Shown one piece after another: positions 1 to 6,664 of a stretch of 64,000 nt of DNA. Origin of the DNA: Dehalococcoidia bacterium (GTDB taxonomy: Bacteria > Chloroflexota > Dehalococcoidia > Lucifugimonadales > QGNO01); contig CBDHCW010000010.1 of assembly GCA_965261445.1 (NCBI GenBank), positions 183,995-247,994 on the forward strand, read 5' to 3'. Made by a program: the position numbers and the translations under genes. Under the pieces are notes generated by a model that did not search any database, had not been told where the DNA came from, and saw only the letters and a list, made by a program, of their open reading frames with translations. Position 1 is the first letter of the stretch. Each line of letters opens with the position of its first letter.

Positions 1-22
1 TGCCGCCAAGTTCGATACCCTA

Positions 23-391
23 GTGAAAGTCACGTTCACTAGGGGTGGGAGCAGCCGCAAGATTGCTATCCAGTCCCGATTCGGCATCGGCGATTTAGGC
101 CCGGAGCTCGAGGTCACATTGAACCTGCCGGAAGGAGAGTACCAACTGCTGGGCAGCGCCTCAGAGATCGAGGGAGATATCATCGCGGCCGTCGGGGCGG
201 GCGCACACACCACCGCTGAGATAAGGGACAGCTTGGCTTCAGATGCAGACGGAGGCGAACCGGTGTCAAGGCAGCGAGTTACCCGCCGGCTGAGCAATTT
301 GGTGGCCGACAATCGGCTTTTGCGTACAGGGGATGGCAAAGCCACGCGGTACGATCTACCCCCAGGAGGAATCGAATCAATCGCCCTATAG
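23..391 (+). CDS. hypothetical protein, winged-helix-like C-terminal half
   Basis: The 122-codon ORF opens right after stops at 20-25. The segment TTAEIRDSL..VSRQRVTRRLSNLVADNRLLRTGDGKATRYDL reads like a wHTH recognition helix plus wing. Its last codons overlap the first CGATTGATT-type repeat. Confidence 0.35.
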   Translation: MKVTFTRGGSSRKIAIQSRFGIGDLGPELEVTLNLPEGEYQLLGSASEIEGDIIAAVGAGAHTTAEIRDSLASDADGGEPVSRQRVTRRLSNLVADNRLLRTGDGKATRYDLPPGGIESIAL

Positions 392-510
392 GGAATACCA
401 CCGATCGATTGATTCATTTCTGTGATTTATGTGACCATGCAAGCCATATCCCAGGCTTGGTCACCAATCAATCAATCGCATCAATACTCTATAGGCGATC
501 GATTGAATCG
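369..510. repeat. cluster of CGAT(C)GATTGA-type motifs in both orientations (iteron/operator-like)
   Basis: CGATCGATTGA occurs as a direct repeat at 402-412 and 496-506. The complement of CGATTGATT occurs at 373-383 and 466-478. The outer copies end in CTATAG and form an imperfect ~21-bp inverted repeat (371-391 vs 489-510). Confidence 0.4.
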
Positions 511-694
511 CTAGGCACGAAAACGTTGAAAGGTAGACCATGAATTACGAGGACATAGTTGACAGCGTGACGGGCGCGGTTGAGCGGTACAACGAGCACC
601 GCTCCAAGCGGAAGCACCACCAGGCCGAAGAGGTCAAGGCGGCGCTGGCGCTAGGGTGATTAACCTTTATCCGCCTCTGGGCTACGCATGGGCA

Positions 695-710
695 GGTTAC
701 ATTTGTAACC
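695..710. promoter_or_regulatory. perfect palindrome GGTTACA-TT-TGTAACC upstream of the methyltransferase
   Basis: A 7+2+7 perfect inverted repeat lies 14 nt upstream of the ATG at 724. The downstream MTase has an N-terminal HTH, so this is a candidate auto-operator. Confidence 0.4.
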
Positions 711-723
711 TGTATTGGGGAAT

Positions 724-1620
724 ATGAGCAAGCAACGAGGTTACAACAGAACTTATAAAGGTCTCTCGAATAGTGATTTCTTGCTCATTGCGAAGGACGA
801 CAGGCCCCAACGAGAGATCGCTACAGCATGGGGTATCAGCCGACCGAGGGTTAATCAGATCAAGAGGGACTGGACATTCAAGCAGGATTCTTTCATCGTC
901 GGGGACGCAGAAAAGGTACTTGCCAGGATGGTCAGAGCGAGAGTGCGGGTGGATTGTGTGATTACTAGCCCGCCGTATAATCTCGGCCTGAAACCCCGGA
1001 ATGGCGGCACCAACTGGAATGCCAACAAATTGGCCGAGGAAGGATACGGTCAACACCAAGACAACATGCCGCGGACGGCTTACGTGAAATGGCAGCGCAG
1101 CATCCTGGGGAAATGCTTAGAGTTGGTCGGTAGCGCAGGGGTGGTGTTCTGGAACCTCAAACCGATCTTGCGCGACGGCATCAGCAACCTACACGCGGAC
1201 ATTCTCCAGGACATGCCTGTGCGCCAGGAAATCATCTGGGACAGAGGGTCAAGCAATAATCACGACGGGTCCGTTGTGCCTCCAACCCATGAAAAGGTCT
1301 TTATGCTCTGCCCCTCAAAGCGATGGAAGTTGCCCGATGAGCTCTATCAAACATCCCGTACATGGGGATCTGTGTGGCGCATTCCACCCGCAGTCAACAA
1401 TCCTCATCCCGCGCCCTTCCCGTTGGAACTGGCCCGCCGGATGGCTCTTGCATCCAGGTCCGCTATCCTAGACCCCTTTGCAGGGGGTGGAACTGTGGGC
1501 ATAGCAGCGCGTGAGTTGGGGCTACCTTTCTACTTGATTGACAACGACCCAGCCTGTAAGGAGATGTGGAAGGAACGCGCAGCGCCGAGCTGGACGGTGA
1601 AAAGCGCCGTCCTTGGCTGA
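724..1620 (+). CDS. DNA methyltransferase (beta-class N4-C/N6-A type) with N-terminal HTH; no cognate endonuclease seen
   Basis: Motif IV is VITSPPYNLG, followed later by motif I DPFAGGGTVGIAA (the beta-class order). An N-terminal HTH-like segment reads REIATAWGISRPRVNQIKRD. The ORF track starts at TTG 715; the ATG is at 724. Confidence 0.85.
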   Translation: MSKQRGYNRTYKGLSNSDFLLIAKDDRPQREIATAWGISRPRVNQIKRDWTFKQDSFIVGDAEKVLARMVRARVRVDCVITSPPYNLGLKPRNGGTNWNANKLAEEGYGQHQDNMPRTAYVKWQRSILGKCLELVGSAGVVFWNLKPILRDGISNLHADILQDMPVRQEIIWDRGSSNNHDGSVVPPTHEKVFMLCPSKRWKLPDELYQTSRTWGSVWRIPPAVNNPHPAPFPLELARRMALASRSAILDPFAGGGTVGIAARELGLPFYLIDNDPACKEMWKERAAPSWTVKSAVLG

Positions 1621-1766
1621 TTCGTGCCTGAGAGCTGAACCCGCCCCGGCCCGCGGCGGTTGCAGGATCGCCGTAGCAGCGTTTTACAGGGCTCGCAGGT
1701 AGTTGGCGATGGTCAAGGGACTCTAATGCGGTGTGGCGTAGCGGGCGACGTGGACGGCGGCATGGT

Positions 1767-2063
1767 CTAGGGCTTTCCGACACCCCCCGTAGAAATGGCA
1801 AGGGCGGCCGTGCCGTTATCCTCCTCCATTTCGTACATTTCATTCAGTCGTCGATAGATATCGGCCGATGAATAGCCGTAGCCACGTCTCAAGGCCACTC
1901 CAAAGAGCTGGCCTATAATCGTGCCGACGAATGACATCGACTCAGAGGCCGCGTAGGCGAGCTCGGCGGTGGTGAAGTACGCCGGGGGGCGTCCTTCGTG
2001 CTTTAGCAGATAATCCAGGATTTTCTTAATTGCGGCCGCTCGACGTTCTCTAGGCTTGGTCAT
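1767..2063 (-). CDS. hypothetical protein
   Basis: The ORF starts at the internal ATG (MTKPRERRAAAIKK...). It overlaps the end of the upstream zinc-ribbon gene by 14 nt. I recognised no motif. Confidence 0.4.
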   Translation of the reverse strand: MTKPRERRAAAIKKILDYLLKHEGRPPAYFTTAELAYAASESMSFVGTIIGQLFGVALRRGYGYSSADIYRRLNEMYEMEEDNGTAALAISTGGVGKP

Positions 2064-2640
2064 GGTTCTCCTTTTGCCGTTCACGCTGCCTTCGCTTGGC
2101 CAACTTGACTAGCTCTTTCTGGTGCTGACGGGTGCAGTCCGAGCTGCAGGTGACGACGTGTGGCCACTGGACGCGGCGCTCGGCTGGGATCGGACGGCTA
2201 CAGGCTGAGCAGTTGGCCACGTCCACCAGGGCGGCGGCGCGGTCCTGTGCTCGGCGCCGTGAAAGGCGGCGCTTGTGGCGCTTGCTGGCCTGCCGTTTGG
2301 ACTGGACGCGCAGCTCCGAGCTGCAAGCGTCCGAGCAGGAACGGGCGTTGTGGTGCCGGCGTAGTCGGTCGGCGGTGATCCGTGTGTCGCAGACGTGGCA
2401 GAAGCGCAGCAGGCCGGCGGCGGCCTGGGCGACGTGGGCGCGGTGTAGGCGTTGTCGACGGCGCTCGTACCGTAGGGCGCACCGGATCGAACAGAAGGAC
2501 CGCTCTTCCATGCTGGGCTTGCGGCCGGCGGCGTACCGGTTCCAGGACGGGATCTCGCGGTCGCAGGTGGTGTGCTTGCAGCGGCCGAGTCCCTGGGCGG
2601 CGGCGGCGCGTTGGTATTTGCCGGTCAGTCTGTTGGTCAT
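2050..2640 (-). CDS. basic protein with three tandem TRASH/FCS-like zinc-ribbon repeats
   Basis: There are three repeats of C-x2/4-C ... x17-23 ... C-x3-C: CKHTTC..FCSIRC, CHVC..SCSDAC and CSAC..TCSSDC. Each is followed by an Arg/Lys-rich helix. Confidence 0.55.
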   Translation of the reverse strand: MTNRLTGKYQRAAAAQGLGRCKHTTCDREIPSWNRYAAGRKPSMEERSFCSIRCALRYERRRQRLHRAHVAQAAAGLLRFCHVCDTRITADRLRRHHNARSCSDACSSELRVQSKRQASKRHKRRLSRRRAQDRAAALVDVANCSACSRPIPAERRVQWPHVVTCSSDCTRQHQKELVKLAKRRQRERQKENHDQA

Positions 2641-2670
2641 GTCTCCCAGGATAGCAAGCGCATGTCATAG

Positions 2671-2691
2671 TGTCTATTCACGGGATAGACA
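2671..2691. promoter_or_regulatory. inverted repeat TGTCTAT-N7-ATAGACA in a divergent promoter region
   Basis: This was read directly. The 10-mer GGATAGACAG recurs at 2683-2692 and 2753-2762. The same TAGACA half-site forms the palindrome at 4295-4309. Confidence 0.3.
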
Positions 2692-2951
2692 GAACTACAG
2701 TCTATGGCTAGTGTGCTCAGCTGCTCTAGGTATGGACGGCATATCGGGAAACGGATAGACAGCCATTCGACTTGATAGGCACAGGCCACAACGAACCAGG
2801 CAGGGTTGCCAAACGTTCTCAGGCGTGGGCGGTCATGGCCATAGGGTCGGTTGCATCGTATACAACCGATCAAAAAGCAGGGGTCTATATGCATATCGTA
2901 AGAGAACTATTCTCACTGACTTTAACGACGTGCTGTGCTACCCTTGGGGTC

Positions 2952-3140
2952 ATGTCCCGATCGATTCGCCGCCGTCACTACCACGTCTACCAGGACGGGC
3001 GCTCTGTCGCCATCATCCAGGATAGGCAACAGGCTTGGCGACGTGTCTCACAGCTAGCGGCCGCTGCACCTGAGACTACAGGCTGGAACGTCCTGGCCTG
3101 TCAGGGTCAGCCATGCCGTCCGTACCTACAGGGTATCTAG
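2952..3140 (+). CDS. small HxH...CxnC protein (family member P1)
   Basis: This is the 62-aa internal-ATG version of ORF 2772-3140. It has an N-terminal HYHVY and a C-terminal VLACQGQPC, resembling the ORFs at 3983-4225 and 19578-19748. Confidence 0.3.
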   Translation: MSRSIRRRHYHVYQDGRSVAIIQDRQQAWRRVSQLAAAAPETTGWNVLACQGQPCRPYLQGI

Positions 3141-3346
3141 CTCTCGGCATTCCGTGCCAGCATCTTCCAGGCGTACGCACCTAGCGCCACGTTCATCAGC
3201 ATCACGGCCGCGGCGAAGGGCTCACCGAATCCCAGCAGCACCGGTCCCCAGTTGGCCCATCAGCAGAACCAGGACGCCACCTAGTGGGCCACGTGCTCTC
3301 AGGCATGGTGATAGGATAGGAAGACAGATCACAGAAAGGAGTAGCA

Positions 3347-3937
3347 ATGTTAACGCCAGAGGACTTCGAGGAATTGAAGCCCACATTTGAAGAGATCCGC
3401 CGGCTCTTGAGCGCTGCCCGTATTGCTGGCCAACGCTATGGGAAACTTGAGGAGGCCTATGGCTACTATATCGTGGCCTTAGGCCACATGGAGAACCTTG
3501 TGGACGAGGTAGAGAAAAAGCAGGGCCACAAGGTGATGGATGTATTGAAGCGGGTGGGGAACGTCGCCAATTCTCCCGAAGGAGCGGGGACCATTGGCGC
3601 AGTTGCCGCAGGAGCATCAGTCCCAACTCTCGTCACAGGTCTTGGGGGATTCGGAATAGCGGCCGGCGGAACTGCCTTTGGAGTCGCTGGGATAGCCGGT
3701 GCGGCGATGGCAACAGGGGGAGCTGCACTTGCCGGTGCAGCTGCCGCTTATCTGGTCTACAAAGGTGGTGCTGCAACACTGGAGACCGAGTTGGGGCAGA
3801 AGGCCAAGGATCGAGTCGTCACGACAGGTAGAGAATCTTTGGAGCAGGCGAAGTACGTGGGGCGAGGTGTACGTCAGAGTCTCGGCAAGGTTCGAGACAG
3901 GTTCTCCAAATCGACGGAGAACGATTTGCCAGAGTAG
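3347..3937 (+). CDS. hypothetical membrane protein with Gly/Ala-zipper core
   Basis: The SD AAAGGAG lies 6 nt upstream of the ATG. The central ~70 residues are Gly/Ala-rich and hydrophobic (GGFGIAAGGTAFGVAGIAGAAMATGGAALAGAAAAYLV), flanked by charged helices. Confidence 0.55.
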   Translation: MLTPEDFEELKPTFEEIRRLLSAARIAGQRYGKLEEAYGYYIVALGHMENLVDEVEKKQGHKVMDVLKRVGNVANSPEGAGTIGAVAAGASVPTLVTGLGGFGIAAGGTAFGVAGIAGAAMATGGAALAGAAAAYLVYKGGAATLETELGQKAKDRVVTTGRESLEQAKYVGRGVRQSLGKVRDRFSKSTENDLPE

Positions 3938-3982
3938 TAGGCGCATGTGTCACAGTTGCGACTAACTGTTACTATCGGGCTT

Positions 3983-4225
3983 ATGAAGCAGCACTGGCAC
4001 TACTGGACAAGCGGACCGGCTCTCGGCTTGCAAGAAATCCAGCCAGGCGACCCAACCGACGCTGAGCTGGTCTCGGCTCAAAGCCGCCAGTCCGTCCGGC
4101 GCGTGCCTACAGTTGCACTGGTGCGCGATCCTGTAGCCTACGACTACAGGAAGAAAGCCGAGCGGGCTGGCCAGAAGACGGGCCTACGCTTTCGAGTTTT
4201 CCTCTGTACCGAAAGTGCGTGTTAG
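3983..4225 (+). CDS. small HxH...CxnC protein (family member P4)
   Basis: This 80-aa ORF starts at the internal ATG: MKQHWHYW...RVPTVALVRDPVAYDYRKKAERAGQ..RFRVFLCTESAC. It aligns by eye to the 56-aa ORF at 19578-19748. Confidence 0.4.
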   Translation: MKQHWHYWTSGPALGLQEIQPGDPTDAELVSAQSRQSVRRVPTVALVRDPVAYDYRKKAERAGQKTGLRFRVFLCTESAC

Positions 4226-4294
4226 GAGGCGGAGTGCACCTTCCCCAGTTCTGATGCCTATTGCAGTCATACTTGCCCAATTGCGATAATCGAA

Positions 4295-4309
4295 GTAGAC
4301 AGTGTCTAC
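4295..4309. promoter_or_regulatory. perfect palindrome GTAGACA-G-TGTCTAC upstream of the XRE gene / Type I R-M operon
   Basis: A 15-bp perfect palindrome lies 47 nt upstream of ATG 4356. It shares the TAGACA half-site with 2671-2691. Confidence 0.45.
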
Positions 4310-4355
4310 TGGCGGTAATCACCAGACGGGCATATGCACTACGAAGGAGAAGCTA

Positions 4356-4709
4356 ATGGCCAAGACAGCGAGGTTCGACGGCGGTGCCTTCTTCGCCGCT
4401 CTAGACGCAGAGAGGCAAGCCCGCCATTGCACCTGGAAGCAAGTGGCGGCGGAGTGCGGCATCAGCGCCTCCACCTTGACCCGAATGTCTCAAGGCAGGC
4501 ACCCTGACGTGAATGGTCTCGCGGCGCTGGCTGCGTGGTCAGGGCTGGACATGGACCAGTTCGTCAGGAGCGCCGCCACCAAGGAAGAGCCAGAGCCCTT
4601 GGCCGTGATCTCGTCCTGTCTCCACTCGGACCCGCGCCTCAATGAGGAAGCGGCCATTGCCCTTGACCAGATGGTGAAAGCAGCATACAGGAGCATGACG
4701 AGCCAATGA
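4356..4709 (+). CDS. XRE-family HTH protein (possible controller of the R-M operon)
   Basis: The SD GAAGGAG precedes the ATG at 4356. The HTH reads TWKQVAAECGISASTLTRMSQGRHPDVNGL. Its stop overlaps the hsdM start (ATGA). Confidence 0.75.
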   Translation: MAKTARFDGGAFFAALDAERQARHCTWKQVAAECGISASTLTRMSQGRHPDVNGLAALAAWSGLDMDQFVRSAATKEEPEPLAVISSCLHSDPRLNEEAAIALDQMVKAAYRSMTSQ

Positions 4710-6658
4710 CTAGCCTCAACATCAGCAGTTTCATATGGGGTATCGCGGACGATGTGCTGCGGGATGTATACGTCCGGGGCAAATACCGCGACGTCATCCT
4801 GCCCATGACGGTCATCCGACGCCTTGACGCCGTGCTGGAACCGACCACGGACGCCGTGCTCCACATGAAGGAGCAACTGGACGCCGTCGGCATCACCAAC
4901 CAGGACCAAGCCTTGCGCCAGGCTTCGGGCGAGGCCTTCTACAATGCGTCGCCCTTCCGGCTGCGTGACCTCACCTCCATCGGCCAGCAGCAGAAGCTTC
5001 GAGCCGACTTTGAGGCCTACCTGGACGGCTTCTCGCCAAATGTTCAAGAGGTACTGGACAAGTTCAAGTTCCGCAACCAGATTCCAACGCTGGTGGAGGC
5101 GGACGCGCTGGGGTTCCTGATAGAGAAATTCCTTGATAGCTCAATCAACCTCAGCCCCAAGCCTGTCCCGAACGGGGACGGCTCGGTGCGGCTGGAGGGA
5201 CTGGATAACCATAGCATGGGTACGGTCTTCGAGGAGTTAATCCGACGCTTCAACGAAGAGAACAACGAGGAAGCCGGGGAGCACTTTACACCGAGGGACG
5301 TGGTGCAGCTCATGGCGCGCCTCATCTTCCTGCCCGTCGCTGATGAGATCAGGTCCGGCACTTACTTGGTCTACGACGGCGCTTGCGGCACCGGCGGGAT
5401 GCTGACGGTTGCCGAGGAGACTTTGGCGCGGCTGGCTGATGAACATGATAAGGAAGTGTCTGTCCACCTGTACGGCCAAGAGGTCAATCCAGAGACCTAC
5501 GCCATCAGCAAGGCCGACCTGATCCTCAAGGGAGAAGGGAGCGAGGCCGACAACATCAACTATGGCTCCACTCTCTCTTCTGACGCCTTCCCCGCCAGCG
5601 AGTTCGACTTCATGCTCTCCAACCCGCCCTACGGCAAGAGCTGGAAGACCGACCTTGAGCGCATGGGAGGCAAGTCCGGCATCAAGGACCCCCGCTTCGT
5701 CGTGGAGCACAACGGCAACCCTGACTACTCCCTCATCACTCGCTCCAGCGACGGCCAGCTGATGTTCCTGGCCAACATGCTAAGCAAGATGAAGCACGAC
5801 ACGCCGATGGGCAGCCGCATCACCGAGGTACACAACGGCAGTTCTCTCTTCACTGGCGACGCTGGGCAGGGCGAGAGCAACATACGCCGCTGGATCATTG
5901 AGAACGACTGGTTGGAAGCCATCGTCGCCCTGCCACTGAACATGTTCTACAACACCGGCATCGCCACCTACATCTGGGTGCTCAGCAACCGCAAGGCGGT
6001 GCACCGCCAGGGCAAAGTGCAACTTATCGACGCCACCCAGTGGTACAGACCCCTGCGCAAGAACCTGGGCAGCAAGAACTGCGAGCTTTCTGATGAGGAC
6101 ATACACCGCATCTGCGACGCCTTCCTTGCCTTCGAGGAGACGGAGCAGTCGAAGATATTCCCCAACGAGGCCTTCGGCTACTGGAAGGTCACCGTGGAGC
6201 GGCCCCTGCGCATTGAGGGCATCGACCAGGAGCGCTCCTACACCGCCAAGGAAATCAAGGTGCTGAGGGACGAAGGCAAACGCACGGAGGCTGCGCCACC
6301 GGTCGTCAAGAAGGTCCACAAGGGAGTGGAAGCCGACCCGCTGCGCGGCCTGTTCCCCGGCACATGCAAGGGCGAGCCCGCCGTAGTGGAGTACGAGCCG
6401 GACACCGACCTCCGGGACACCGAGCAGGTGCCGCTTCTGGAAGAAGGTGGCATTGAGGCCTTCCTGCGCCGCGAGGTGATTCCCTACGCCCCGGACGCCT
6501 GGTACGTCCCCGACAGCGTCAAGGTGGGCTACGAGATCAGCTTCACCCGCCACTTCTACAAGCCGCAGCCGTTGCGCCCCTTGGAGGAGATACGGGCTGA
6601 CATACTGGCACTGGAGCGGGATACGGAGGGGTTAATGGCGGAGATTGTGGGAGGATGA
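4706..6658 (+). CDS. hsdM: Type I restriction-modification system, methyltransferase subunit
   Basis: The N-terminal HsdM domain reads FIWGIADDVLRDVY..DVILPMTVIRRLD. The SAM motif is VYDGACGTGGML and the catalytic motif is LSNPPYGKSW. Confidence 0.95.
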   Translation: MTSLNISSFIWGIADDVLRDVYVRGKYRDVILPMTVIRRLDAVLEPTTDAVLHMKEQLDAVGITNQDQALRQASGEAFYNASPFRLRDLTSIGQQQKLRADFEAYLDGFSPNVQEVLDKFKFRNQIPTLVEADALGFLIEKFLDSSINLSPKPVPNGDGSVRLEGLDNHSMGTVFEELIRRFNEENNEEAGEHFTPRDVVQLMARLIFLPVADEIRSGTYLVYDGACGTGGMLTVAEETLARLADEHDKEVSVHLYGQEVNPETYAISKADLILKGEGSEADNINYGSTLSSDAFPASEFDFMLSNPPYGKSWKTDLERMGGKSGIKDPRFVVEHNGNPDYSLITRSSDGQLMFLANMLSKMKHDTPMGSRITEVHNGSSLFTGDAGQGESNIRRWIIENDWLEAIVALPLNMFYNTGIATYIWVLSNRKAVHRQGKVQLIDATQWYRPLRKNLGSKNCELSDEDIHRICDAFLAFEETEQSKIFPNEAFGYWKVTVERPLRIEGIDQERSYTAKEIKVLRDEGKRTEAAPPVVKKVHKGVEADPLRGLFPGTCKGEPAVVEYEPDTDLRDTEQVPLLEEGGIEAFLRREVIPYAPDAWYVPDSVKVGYEISFTRHFYKPQPLRPLEEIRADILALERDTEGLMAEIVGG

Positions 6659-6664
6659 CTCACG

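Noticed and set aside
541-660. A 39-codon ORF (MNYEDIVDSVTGAVERYNEHRSKRKHHQAEEVKAALALG) between the repeat cluster and the methyltransferase.
   Set aside because: It is plausible but unsupported. The RBS is weak, it has no motif, and it is too short to judge, so I did not list it as a feature.
2132-2758. Several long ORFs on both strands (2132-2758 +, 2160-2378 +, 2198-2668 -, 2382-2654 +) overlapping the zinc-ribbon gene.
   Set aside because: Their translations are Arg/Ala/Pro/Gly-rich and low-complexity, typical of shadow frames in GC-rich DNA. Only the 2050-2640 frame shows an ordered repeated Cys motif.
3154-3626. ORFs 3154-3390 +, 3202-3384 - and 3222-3626 - in the gap before the Gly-zipper gene.
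   Set aside because: They are Pro/Arg/Ser-rich, have no RBS, and overlap one another. I treat this stretch as intergenic or promoter sequence.
5237-6553. Long antisense ORFs inside hsdM (5237-5710 -, 5780-6553 -).
   Set aside because: They lie opposite a gene with unambiguous HsdM motifs. Their composition (Ala/Gly/Val/Leu/His-rich, no motifs) fits shadow ORFs.
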